From NCBI GenBank assembly GCA_039715015.1, contig JBDLIE010000015.1, positions 1 to 64,000 on the forward strand: 64,000 nt of DNA. Reading direction: 5' to 3'. This stretch comes from Thermodesulfobacteriota bacterium (GTDB taxonomy: Bacteria > Desulfobacterota > Desulfobulbia > Desulfobulbales > SURF-16). The notes beneath the pieces are model-generated. The model was not told the DNA's origin. It saw only the letters and a list, made by a program, of their open reading frames with translations, and did not search any database. Made by a program: the position numbers and the translations under genes. Numbering within the stretch: position 1 is the first letter of the stretch; every line of letters starts with the position of its first letter. Below, piece after piece: positions 22,166 to 31,524 of this stretch.

Positions 22166-22681
22166 TCAAGACTTCAAGAAACGCTGTTCATAGTCAAGAA
22201 GAGCCTTTTTGATTTCACCTCCCCCAGCAAAACCTCCCAGTCCTGCAGCGCTGACAACTCGGTGGCAAGGAATTATAAGAGATAAGGGATTCTTGTTGCA
22301 TGCCTGGCCCACGGCCCGGGCGAGTTGTGGATTGCCAAGCTCTTTGGCAATATCGCCATAGGTCCTGGTGGTAGCAAAAGGGATGCGGGCCAAAATTCGC
22401 CACACCCTTTGCTGAAAAGATGACCCTTTTTTGATAAAGGTTGAATCCTCTGGAAAAGTGATGCTTTCTCCCTGTAGCAGGGTGAGCAGGAAGGCGCATA
22501 AACTGTCGTGTTTCACTTTAGTCAGGGGGGTGACCTTTAAAGAAGCGCAGAGTTTCTCATGTTTCTTGAGGTCGAAGCTGAGATGAATGATCTTGTCATT
22601 GCGCATCAAGCCCCAGATTGGAATCGATTCCCAGGTGCAATGGAACTTCTGTAAAATAGAGTTGACCGCCTGTTTTTTCAT
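22166..22681 (-). CDS. ogt: Methylated-DNA-protein-cysteine methyltransferase
   Basis: FQQRVW, ARAVGQAC and IPCHRV active-site motif. Confidence 0.9.
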   Translation of the reverse strand: MKKQAVNSILQKFHCTWESIPIWGLMRNDKIIHLSFDLKKHEKLCASLKVTPLTKVKHDSLCAFLLTLLQGESITFPEDSTFIKKGSSFQQRVWRILARIPFATTRTYGDIAKELGNPQLARAVGQACNKNPLSLIIPCHRVVSAAGLGGFAGGGEIKKALLDYEQRFLKS

Positions 22682-22944
22682 TGTAATCCTCTTTTAAGAC
22701 AGAAATTGTATCCTACACTACATATTATACCTTGATAAATGGCATACCCCAACAAAGGGGTCTTGGTAAAGTTCTCCTCTTTCTAAAACAGCAAGATTTT
22801 CTTGTTTTAAGCTCGTTTTATGAGGAGGGGCAAGGGGAAAGTACTTGTCTTTTCCTGGGCCGGTAAGTTAGGTTGATGTTAGATTCCATACTCTTTCAAC
22901 CGCAAATCGTAGACTAGGATGGGGGGCGCCAAGGCGAGTCAACG

Positions 22945-24084
22945 ATGATGTCTGTTTCTACTAAACATTATATTTCTCTGCTCTGTTGTTTGTTTTTCTT
23001 ATTTGTTTTCAGTGGCTTGTCCTGCGCCGACATGCTTTCTGCAAGCGCAGTGATCTCCGGTGCCAGCAAGCGGATTCCCCTTGATTCCCAATATAATAAG
23101 TCTTCCATTGGTCAGCTTGGCCCCCTTTCAACGTCCAGTCATCTTTCCAGTTCCGCCAAGAAAAAGCCCTCTGTGGCCAAGAGTTTTAGCCGAAATTTTA
23201 ACAGGCTAACCCCCAGCTTGCTGCGTGCGAAACTGTCGTCACGTAGCGCCATTATTATGGATTCCTATACTGGGCAGGTTTTATACGCCCATGAGCCTGA
23301 CCGTACAGCTCAGCCTGCCTCCACCATCAAGATCCTTACCGGCCTGATTGCCATGAAATCCCTGCGCGATTCGGTAAAGGTAGAGGTAAGCCGCAAGGCT
23401 TCAAAGATGCCGCGCTCCAAGATTTATCTGCATCAGGGCAGAAAGTACAAGGCCAATGACCTGATTAACGCTGTCTTGCTCTCCTCCGCCAATGACGCCA
23501 GCGTTGCTCTTGCCGAAAAAGTGGCAGGCAGTGAACATACCTTTGTTAAGCTCATGAACCATAAAGCCAGGCAACTGGGGGCCCGTTCCACTGTCTGCAA
23601 GTCTGCATCCGGGCTCACCGTTCGTGGTCAGCGCTCCACGGTTCGTGACCTGGCCACCATCTTTAACGGTGCCATGCAGGATGAAGAGTTTGCCAGCCGC
23701 ATTGGCAAGGTAAGGGCCCGCACAAGCTATGGCCGTCTCCTCAAGAACCATAATAGGGCGCTGTGGCGTATTGATGGCGCCATGGGCGGTAAAACCGGCT
23801 ATACTCATTCGGCCCGGCAGACCTATGTTGGTATGTTTGAGCGTGATGGCAACGCAATCACTGTTTCTATTATGGGCAGCGAGACCATGTGGGATGATGT
23901 CAGTAATCTCGTTGAATATGGTTTTGCCCGGCAAAGTCAGCTTGCTGCTGCCGGGAAGATTTCTAAGAAGCCAGCCATGGTCGCTTCCCTGCCCCTGCTT
24001 TCTTCGTCTCAGGGTTCTGGCGCAGACGATAAGGTTAAATCTTCAACTGTTCTCTCGCAAATCAGCAAGCATCGTAAGATGTAA
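22945..24084 (+). CDS. D-alanyl-D-alanine carboxypeptidase/endopeptidase (peptidase S11)
   Basis: Signal peptide; PASTIK (SxxK), SAN (SxN), GKTGYT. Confidence 0.9.
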   Translation: MMSVSTKHYISLLCCLFFLFVFSGLSCADMLSASAVISGASKRIPLDSQYNKSSIGQLGPLSTSSHLSSSAKKKPSVAKSFSRNFNRLTPSLLRAKLSSRSAIIMDSYTGQVLYAHEPDRTAQPASTIKILTGLIAMKSLRDSVKVEVSRKASKMPRSKIYLHQGRKYKANDLINAVLLSSANDASVALAEKVAGSEHTFVKLMNHKARQLGARSTVCKSASGLTVRGQRSTVRDLATIFNGAMQDEEFASRIGKVRARTSYGRLLKNHNRALWRIDGAMGGKTGYTHSARQTYVGMFERDGNAITVSIMGSETMWDDVSNLVEYGFARQSQLAAAGKISKKPAMVASLPLLSSSQGSGADDKVKSSTVLSQISKHRKM

Positions 24085-24199
24085 CGCTTTCCCCACGCCT
24101 CCACCTCTTTTTGGTGCCTTCTTTCTTTGCCAAACTTTTTGAGATATTTGCTTCATTTATCTGGCATGAAAATCAACCTGGAATATATTGGAAATCAGC

Positions 24200-24940
24200 A
24201 TGGAGAGAGATAAAAAAAGCCTGCGTTTGAAATTTCAGGCGGCATCATTTTGCCAGTACCATCCCGGTAAAACAGCTGAATCACTCCGTAAGCAGCCGGA
24301 GTACCGCCAGAGCAAAATACTCTTTGTCTCACCGTCTCCTCAACTGCACCAGATTCGCATCAACGCTCTGCTTGACGGCAAACTACTTCTCATGCCGGGG
24401 CCTGCCATCAAAAAAGGTTTTTATCGTTTCGCGCCCTACAAAACCTCTTTTAAAGACCTGGGCCATGCCACCAGCCTTAAAGGCGTTGAACTTTTTGGTA
24501 AACTTCTTGATGGTACAACATTGAAGGGGCTGCATGTGGACATGGCCTTGACAGATTGCCAAGCTGTAGATCCATCAGGGGGAAGGCTGGGCCAGGGCAC
24601 AGGTTTTTTTGATCTGGCCATGGGATTGCTGGCAGAACTTGGCGGCGTGGATGGCGAAACGGTTTTTTGCGCTGTGGGCGTTCAAGAGCAGGTGGTTGAA
24701 GAAGATTTACCCCAGGACAGCTGGGATGTGAAAATGAATTTTTTCCTCCATGAAGAGGGAATGGTTCCCTTGCAGGCTGGTAACCAGCACCCTGCCATCT
24801 TATGGGATGATTTGGAGAAGAAAAGAATCCGTAAGGTCGAACCTCTCTGGCAGCTCTATAAAGAGCGTTTCCCGGAATCTGACAGCGAGGTCAGTAATGT
24901 TTGGGCAAAGAGTTTGGCCACGGAAGACACGGAAAAATAA
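24200..24940 (+). CDS. 5-formyltetrahydrofolate cyclo-ligase family protein
   Basis: AVDPSGGRLGQGTGFFD and LPQDSWDV motifs. Confidence 0.8.
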   Translation: MERDKKSLRLKFQAASFCQYHPGKTAESLRKQPEYRQSKILFVSPSPQLHQIRINALLDGKLLLMPGPAIKKGFYRFAPYKTSFKDLGHATSLKGVELFGKLLDGTTLKGLHVDMALTDCQAVDPSGGRLGQGTGFFDLAMGLLAELGGVDGETVFCAVGVQEQVVEEDLPQDSWDVKMNFFLHEEGMVPLQAGNQHPAILWDDLEKKRIRKVEPLWQLYKERFPESDSEVSNVWAKSLATEDTEK

Positions 24941-24964
24941 CCACCAGCCTATTGCAAAACAAAA

Positions 24965-25188
24965 TCTGATTGCCACCATGTTTCAGCCATTATCTCATCA
25001 TCAAGCGGCCAATAGGGACATGTAGGAGTTCACCCCTGTGAGCGATGGACGGCCTGACGAGTGACAACTGTCTCTTTATCGCCGGGAGGGCGGGTGCCCC
25101 GCAGGAGATAAGCGAAGAGTTCGAATACCCTTGGGGTGCTCCCACGGCATCATCCTGGGAAGGTGGCTGAGGTTCGCTGGTAATCAGA
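24965..25188 (-). repeat. 224-bp non-coding dispersed element, copy 1 (candidate orphan IS110-type non-coding RNA end or MITE)
   Basis: Reverse complement aligns over the full length with 38327-38550; ends TCTGATTGCCA / TGGTAATCAGA are a 10/11 inverted repeat. Confidence 0.9.
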
Positions 25189-25254
25189 AAACAAAAAAGG
25201 TTTCTTCCGTGGCCAAAAATAATATGTATACCCGGCTCATATTCCTTTTCTATC

Positions 25255-26148
25255 CTATCCCTTGTTTTCTTTAAAGATGGGTTCCATGCCGCAGATTTGG
25301 GCATAGGTGCCGATCTCCTGCTGAAACTGTTTAACATACGGGCAGTCCCAAACAGCAAGAATCTTGTCCTTCCGGGTAAAGGCGGTAAGTATCTTTCCCT
25401 CGTACTCCTGGTCATGCTCCGGCAATCTTTCCAGGGCGTAGGAGAAAATCTGGGGACGGCGGCAGACATCGGGCCGGTCAGGATAGATGGTGCAGCCACC
25501 GCTTGTTTGGTCAAGGTTTGGACAGGTGGAGTGGCGCGGGAGCACCATGGACCAGCCGCGCTGCCAGTGAATAAGTCGTGGAGATTCGTCAGCATAGAAG
25601 GGTTTGCCGTCTATTTCCAGAGGCTCGTTGTCTGTAGAGGAGGCCTGCCTGCTTTCGTTGCTTTCAGTTTGCGGAAGAGGGAAAAACGGAGCCTCACTCT
25701 CCTGCAGGGGAATCTCGAAAAACTCCTGGCCCATGTCCGCCTCTGGCCCGATGCAGCATAACCGACATCCGCAAGGGCCGCAGAGAAGGCTGTTGATTTC
25801 TTCAAGTTCCTGGTTAAGAACATTCTGGGCAACCCAGGCGTCCAGGGCCTCAAATTGGTCTAAACCGGTAAGTTCAGCAGACAGAATGATGCGGCTCGGC
25901 TCTTGGGGATTTTTGAAACGTTCATAAGGGGCCATTGCCTCGAGATAAGAGGCCAGAAGGCCAGCTGGTTCTTTATAGCGCAGGCCACCTGTTTCGACTG
26001 GTTCTTGGAGCGCCTCCAAAACATCATTGAGCGCCTCAAAGGGGCCGGTGAGATAAAGCATGCCAGCCAGCCGCACTAAGGGCAGTATTGGCTTGGCCAG
26101 TTTATCAACGCCCTGTTGGCATTGTTGGATTTGATGGTCAGAAAGCAT
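25255..26148 (-). CDS. YkgJ-family (CxxCxxCC) cysteine-cluster protein
   Basis: CGPCGCRLCC, CPNL and CTIYPDRPDVCR motifs. Confidence 0.85.
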   Translation of the reverse strand: MLSDHQIQQCQQGVDKLAKPILPLVRLAGMLYLTGPFEALNDVLEALQEPVETGGLRYKEPAGLLASYLEAMAPYERFKNPQEPSRIILSAELTGLDQFEALDAWVAQNVLNQELEEINSLLCGPCGCRLCCIGPEADMGQEFFEIPLQESEAPFFPLPQTESNESRQASSTDNEPLEIDGKPFYADESPRLIHWQRGWSMVLPRHSTCPNLDQTSGGCTIYPDRPDVCRRPQIFSYALERLPEHDQEYEGKILTAFTRKDKILAVWDCPYVKQFQQEIGTYAQICGMEPIFKENKG

Positions 26149-26261
26149 GGTTGGCGAGGGTGTCGAAATTGGTATCAAAGCGCCCTTAAGGTTTTTGCAA
26201 GATGGCAGAGGTCACTCATACCTTTTTTTGTCAGTCTCTGCAAGGAAGGCGCAGCCCACCC

Positions 26262-26290
26262 TTGACCGAGTTTGTGGTAATCTGTATTAT
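26262..26290 (+). promoter_or_regulatory. Sigma70-type promoter upstream of tatC
   Basis: TTGACC-N17-TATTAT. Confidence 0.6.
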
Positions 26291-26327
26291 GCGGCCGTTT
26301 GAGATGGCTTTTTGAAAGAGGGATACG

Positions 26328-27148
26328 ATGGATGATATGGAAAAACAGGGGTTGCCCGAACATCTAGCTGACTTGCGTACCAGCCTGGTTCGTAGCCTAC
26401 TGGCGGTTATGGTTTGCTTTGCCGGGGCCTATTATTATATTGACCCCATTGGCGACTGGTTCTTTAAGCCGCTTTTTGAGGTTTTGCCGGAAGACTCAAG
26501 CCTGATCTTTATCTCCTATCAAGAGGCCTTTTTTTTTACCTAAAATTAGCCCTGACCTGTGCTGTTCTCCTGTCATCCCCCGTGCTATTCTGGCAGGCCT
26601 GGGCCTTTGTTGCTCCCGGCCTTTACCAGCATGAAAAACGGGTGGCCATTCCTTTTATCTTTCTTTCCTCCTTCTGTTTTCTCGGCGGTGCCGCCTTTGG
26701 TTATTATGTAGTCTTTCCACCTGCTTTTAGGTTTCTGGTGGGCTATTCCACTGATTTCCTGCAGGCCACACCCACGGTTAAAGAGTATTTCTCCCTCTCT
26801 CTGCGACTCCTCATTGCCTTTGGCGCTGTTTTTGAATTGCCTGTGGCCATGGTCATCCTCGCCAAGATCGGCATTGTCGATGGACCGTTCTTGAGGAAAA
26901 ACAGGAAATACGCCTTTCTCATTTCCTTCATTGTTGCTGCCATTCTCACTCCCACCCCGGACATCATCAACCAAATGCTCATGGGCGTGCCGCTGGTGGT
27001 CCTCTATGAGATTTCCATTGTTGCGGTGTGGATGTTTGGCAGAAAGAAGTTTGCCGGATTTGACGAGTCGGTCGATGAAGAGTCCGGAGTTGAAGGCGAT
27101 TCAGATTCGCCCTCACCCCAGCCCTCTCCCCCAGAAGAGGGGGATTGA
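26328..27148 (+). CDS. tatC: Twin-arginine translocase TatC, frameshifted in a T9 run at 26529-26537
   Basis: LPEHLADLR..EAFF in one frame continues as YLKLAL..FWQAWAFVAPGLY..FELP..ILTPTPD in another; adding one base restores an 822-nt ORF. Confidence 0.88.
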
Positions 27149-27293
27149 CCCCGGCAGTTGTAAGGAGTTATACAGGTTGGTCATTGCAGGGATTAGGCAG
27201 ACGCTTGTCCTGCCAGCTTATTTTCGCCACTCTCAACGCTACACGATAACATGAATAACGCTCTCTCCTTGGGGAGAGGGCTGGGCAGAGGGG
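27110..27293. repeat. CCCTCACCCCAGCCCTCTCCC-type REP doublet
   Basis: CCCAGCCCTCTCCCC (27117-27131) and its perfect reverse complement at 27271-27285. Confidence 0.8.
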
Positions 27294-27421
27294 AAAAGGT
27301 AACAATCAAACACCCCCAACCTGTTGGTTTAGAAAACGGTCAGCTCAGAATAAAAGAAATAAAATAAGATGCCTGAACGGCAAAGAGCCGAGCTGGCAAT
27401 CAACTCAAAAAAGATAACAAG

Positions 27422-27666
27422 CTAAACAACCACAGCAGTTCGCTGGCGGGCCACCTTCTGCTGTTCACTCTGAGCTTTTCTGACATTCTCTTGAGCTTTA
27501 ACTTCCTCTGTTTTGGCATTTTCAAGCCGTTCCAGCGCCCGTTGTTTTTGAGCCTGGGCCTGTTGCTGTTCTGATCTTGAGCCCTGAACTTGGCGGGATG
27601 CTGCAAGGCTGCCTGGGAAAAGGGTGAAGGGGTGGTGTTTGGTGCAGTATTTTCGCCTACCATCAT
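27422..27666 (-). pseudogene. Small coiled-coil protein gene with a one-base frameshift (or sequencing error)
   Basis: GGAGG RBS and ATG at 27666 give MMVGENTAP..; another frame gives ASRQVQGSRSEQQQAQAQKQRALERLENAKTEEVKAQENVRKAQSEQQKVARQRTAVVV*; span is 245 nt. Confidence 0.6.
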
Positions 27667-27855
27667 AGCCTCCACTTCAAAAAGATAAGAGTGATGCATG
27701 TTTCCTCGTTCCTTGTATGGGGCATCTGAGGAAATTGTTAAAATTCATAACATGTAAAATGGGCAGTACACGGGAAAATGGACCCTTTGCAGGTTTTTAT
27801 CAATTGGTAATTCTTTGTCGGGCTACTTTTCTTCTTGCTCCAGTAAAAAAAACTT

Positions 27856-27882
27856 TAAGTTGCGCTGGCCTTGCGCCGATAG
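27856..27882 (+). promoter_or_regulatory. Sigma28 (FliA) promoter of flagellin
   Basis: TAAG-N15-GCCGATAG. Confidence 0.85.
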
Positions 27883-27974
27883 ATCTTGTGTAAAGAATAA
27901 AAGCGGCCGGAAAGGAGGTGGAGATAAAGATAAGAAGGCCAATAAAAAGAAATAGTTAGAAAAAAACGATGTAA

Positions 27975-28036
27975 GCCCGGCAAGGATGCCAGGCTGCAAC
28001 AAACAAAGAAAGTAAAAAAACTAACATGGAGGTTAG
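27975..28036 (+). promoter_or_regulatory. Two CsrA-type GGA hairpins in the fliC leader
   Basis: GGCA-AGGA-TGCC and CTAAC-ATGGAG-GTTAG, the second covering the RBS. Confidence 0.7.
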
Positions 28037-28041
28037 TAAAA

Positions 28042-29550
28042 ATGGCTATTACAGTAAACACAAACGTGCCGTCCCTGACGGCCCAACGTAACCTGACAGG
28101 CACCTCAAGTGCAATGAACAAATCTCTTGAGAGACTGTCTTCGGGTCTTCGCATTAACAGCGCCAAGGACGACGCTGCCGGTCTGGCAATTTCAGATCGG
28201 ATGACATCCCAAATCCGTGGCCTTAATCAGGCCATGCGTAACGCCAACGATGGTATCTCTCTGGCCCAAACGGCAGAGGGTGCTCTTCAGGAGTCTACCA
28301 GTATCCTGCAGCGTATGCGTGAACTGTCCATTCAGTCAGCCAATGATACAAATAGCTCCTCTGACCGGGCCAATATCCAGAAGGAGGTTGCCCAGCTTCA
28401 GAGCGAGTTGAACCGTATCGCTGACCAAACCACTTTTAATAGTCGGGTTCTGCTTGACGGTAGTTTTTCTGCGGCTAAGTTCCATATTGGTTCAGAGGCT
28501 GATCAGACTATCTCGGTCTCCATCGGTTCAGCTCGGGCCACTTCCATGGGCGCTCAGTTGATTGATGGAACGGAGACAAAGGATCATGTCGGCTCTGTAT
28601 CGACACCTCCCGCTGCGCTCGCTACGGCAACGACAACTGCCAATGGTGTGGCTGGTGATGACCTTACCATTGCAGGACCATTGGGTATAGGAACTGCGAC
28701 CGTTAATGCCAATGATTCAGCGGCTGAGATTGCCTCGGCTGTTAATGCGGAAGAGGCTAATACTGGTGTAACCGCTTCGGCAAGCAACAGTGTTGTGATC
28801 GATACCGTTACCACTGGTACAATCTCTTTTAGTCTGACGTCTGAGCAGTCAGGTGCTGTGATCGGTAGTGCCGGAACAATCAGTGCGGTTATTACGGACA
28901 CCAATGATTTGGCCGCCTTAAGGGATGCCATCAATTCTGAGTCTTCAAAAACCGGCATCTCCGCAACACTTTCCACCAGTGGCGCGGCGATTACCCTGAG
29001 CAATGAAGATGGCTCTGATATCGTAGTGGAGGGCGTGAGCAATAATGATGCCCTTGATACCGCAACAGTTATGAACGTTGGTGGTGTAACTCTCGAAGAT
29101 GAGGAAGTAACGGGCGCTGCACTGGATAGTATCCTCTTTGGTGGCAAGGTTGAATTTAGTGCCTCCACAGCATTTAGTGTTTCTGGTGATGCTACCCTTG
29201 ATGTAATGACTGCCGCTGCTACCTCTTCAACCCTTAGTCAGGTTGCCCAGATTGATGTAAGTACACAGGATGGCTCCAATAGTGCACTTAATGTAATTGA
29301 TGAGGCCTTGGCTTTTATTACCAGCACCCGTGCTGATCTTGGTGCGGTGCAGAACCGTTTTGAATCCACCATTTCTAACCTGATGGTCGTCTCTGAAAAT
29401 GTTTCTGCTGCCCGTTCTCGTATCCTTGATGCGGATTTTGCCGCTGAAACCTCTAACCTTACCAAGGCTCAGATCCTCCAGCAGGCTGGTATGGCAATGT
29501 TGGCTCAGGCCAACACCATCCCACAGGGCGCTCTGACCTTACTTCAGTAG
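28042..29550 (+). CDS. fliC: Flagellin
   Basis: [22 protein letters not shown]-terminus; [23 protein letters not shown]-terminus. Confidence 0.97.
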   Translation: MAITVNTNVPSLTAQRNLTGTSSAMNKSLERLSSGLRINSAKDDAAGLAISDRMTSQIRGLNQAMRNANDGISLAQTAEGALQESTSILQRMRELSIQSANDTNSSSDRANIQKEVAQLQSELNRIADQTTFNSRVLLDGSFSAAKFHIGSEADQTISVSIGSARATSMGAQLIDGTETKDHVGSVSTPPAALATATTTANGVAGDDLTIAGPLGIGTATVNANDSAAEIASAVNAEEANTGVTASASNSVVIDTVTTGTISFSLTSEQSGAVIGSAGTISAVITDTNDLAALRDAINSESSKTGISATLSTSGAAITLSNEDGSDIVVEGVSNNDALDTATVMNVGGVTLEDEEVTGAALDSILFGGKVEFSASTAFSVSGDATLDVMTAAATSSTLSQVAQIDVSTQDGSNSALNVIDEALAFITSTRADLGAVQNRFESTISNLMVVSENVSAARSRILDADFAAETSNLTKAQILQQAGMAMLAQANTIPQGALTLLQ

Positions 29551-29565
29551 TAGTTGGTAACCAGG

Positions 29566-29601
29566 AATCAGGGGGGAATGTCCTTCCTCCCTGATTCTTT
29601 T
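29566..29601 (+). terminator. Hairpin/terminator after fliC
   Basis: GAATCAGGG..CCCTGATTC followed by TTTT. Confidence 0.65.
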
Positions 29602-29626
29602 GCCTTTCTCAAAAGAGGATATGTAA

Positions 29627-31042
29627 ATGACTATCGGTGTCGGAGGCCTGGTTTCCGGGCTGGATACAGAATCGATCATTACCCAGGTTATGGATCTGGA
29701 GAGGCGTCCTGTCTTGCTTTTGCAAGCACGGGAGGCAGATTTTCAGTCTAAAATCTCAGCCTTGGGCAGCATGAAGGGAGGTCTTTCCGCCCTGCAGAGT
29801 GCCGCCCAATCCCTGCAGGATGCCGATAGCTTTACCGCCTATAAAACAACCAACGGCAATCATACGGCATTGTCAGCCTCTGCCAGTCAGGATGCAAGCC
29901 CTGGTACCTATTTGATCGATTTGACCAGCCTGGCAACAAGCCAGCAGGTACGTAGTGAGGTTTTTACGGCCAGTGATGAGATTGTCGGCACTGGCACCCT
30001 GACCATTCAGGTGGGGGCAAATGATGCCATTGATGTGGTGATTGACAGCGACCACCAAACCCTAGCCGGTATCGCCACAGCTATCAACGAGGCTGCAACT
30101 GATGTTACGGCTAGTGTGATTGACGATGGTAACGGCAATTTTTACCTGACCCTGGCAAGCTCTGAAACCGGAGCGGCAAACACCATCAGTATGACCATGG
30201 TGGACGATGACGGTACTAATAATGATGCCGCGGGTCTTTCCAACCTTTATACGAATCCGGTCGCCCAGACCCTGACCGAGACCCAGGCTGCCGGTGATGC
30301 CCAGTTGACGGTAAACGGCATTACGGTGGAACGGACTAGTAACTCCATTACAGATCTTATTGGCGGAGTGACCTTGACTCTCAAGGAGGCGGACCCTGGC
30401 AATCCCTTTGAGGTCACAGTGGCAAAGGATCTTAATAGTGTAAAAAGTAAGATTCAGGCCTTTGTGAGCGAATATAATAATATGATTGACATCTTTGGCG
30501 GCTTGCAGAGCTATGATGCCGAGACTGAAGAGGCCGGGCCGTTGATCGGGGACAGTACCACCAGGCAATTGCGATCCAGACTAGGGGCCATGCTCTACGA
30601 CCAGGTGGATGGCGTTGCAAGCGAGGTTAATGGCCTGAGTAGGCTAGGTGTTGAGGTCGGCCGGGACGGCAAATTGACCCTGGACGACGCTAAACTTACA
30701 ACCGCCTTGGAAAACTACCCTGATGAGGTCACCAGTTTTTTTACCAATACCGAGGTTGGCAATGAGGGAATAGCCCTACGGTTTGATAATCTTCTTGAAA
30801 GTTACTTGAGCACTACCAACGGCCTTTTGGCTGCCAAGGAGGATGGTCTCCAAGACTCCATTGACGACATGGGCGAACAGGTTGATCGCATCAATTACCG
30901 TCTCTTGAAGAAAGAGGAGACCTTGCGTAATCAGTTTTTGGCCCTTGAGATGATTCTCGGTGAGCTCCAGGCTACCTCCGGAGCCCTAGATCAACAGCTA
31001 GAGTCCCTTTCCAATCTGAATGCAAGTATTTATAAAAAATAA
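29627..31042 (+). CDS. fliD: Flagellar filament cap protein FliD
   Basis: GLVSGLDTESII N-terminus; RTSNSITDLIGGVTLTL; GPLIGDS. Confidence 0.95.
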   Translation: MTIGVGGLVSGLDTESIITQVMDLERRPVLLLQAREADFQSKISALGSMKGGLSALQSAAQSLQDADSFTAYKTTNGNHTALSASASQDASPGTYLIDLTSLATSQQVRSEVFTASDEIVGTGTLTIQVGANDAIDVVIDSDHQTLAGIATAINEAATDVTASVIDDGNGNFYLTLASSETGAANTISMTMVDDDGTNNDAAGLSNLYTNPVAQTLTETQAAGDAQLTVNGITVERTSNSITDLIGGVTLTLKEADPGNPFEVTVAKDLNSVKSKIQAFVSEYNNMIDIFGGLQSYDAETEEAGPLIGDSTTRQLRSRLGAMLYDQVDGVASEVNGLSRLGVEVGRDGKLTLDDAKLTTALENYPDEVTSFFTNTEVGNEGIALRFDNLLESYLSTTNGLLAAKEDGLQDSIDDMGEQVDRINYRLLKKEETLRNQFLALEMILGELQATSGALDQQLESLSNLNASIYKK

Positions 31043-31055
31043 TTAGGGGTTTGAT

Positions 31056-31514
31056 ATGTACCAGAACCAGCAGAAAGTGTGCTCGCAGTATAAGAAAAAT
31101 GAGCTGGAGAACCTTGATCCGGCCGAGATTGTTGCCCGGCTCTACCAGGCGCTTGGCCAGAGTCTTGTTTCGACCCGGCAGGCCATTGTTGATGGTGATG
31201 TGAAGGTGCAGGGCGAAGGGACGAGTAGGGCTCTGGCTATTATTACAGAGTTGCAGACTGGTTTGAACATGGAGGAAGGCGGTGAGATCGCTGAGAACCT
31301 CAGCAGTCTCTACAGTTATCTTGTTCAGGAGATCAGCCGGGGAAATGTGGGTGGCAAACCAGAACTTATTGATAACGCAATCAGTACGGTGGAGCCCCTT
31401 ACAGAGGCTTGGGTGGAGTTGGCGAGGAAAAGAAAAGAAGAGGCGGCTGAGGTTGTAGCAGTCCACCAGTCTGAAAAGCCATTGAAGACAGGGGCCTTTC
31501 ATGCGGCCTATTAA
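31056..31514 (+). CDS. fliS: Flagellar export chaperone FliS
   Basis: IITELQTGLNMEEGGEIAENLSSLYSY..LTEAW. Confidence 0.92.
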   Translation: MYQNQQKVCSQYKKNELENLDPAEIVARLYQALGQSLVSTRQAIVDGDVKVQGEGTSRALAIITELQTGLNMEEGGEIAENLSSLYSYLVQEISRGNVGGKPELIDNAISTVEPLTEAWVELARKRKEEAAEVVAVHQSEKPLKTGAFHAAY

Positions 31515-31524
31515 AGGATTGTAA

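Noticed and set aside
25052..25075. CTGACGAG resembling the hammerhead ribozyme CUGANGA core inside the 224-bp element
   Set aside because: No GAAA follows the potential stem II, so the hammerhead core is incomplete.
24990..25595. ORFs 24990-25595 (-) and 38304-38525 (+) sharing IKRQLSLVRPSIAHRGELL
   Set aside because: The shared peptide is just the translation of the DNA repeat; the frames diverge upstream because of indels and neither ORF has credible start signals.
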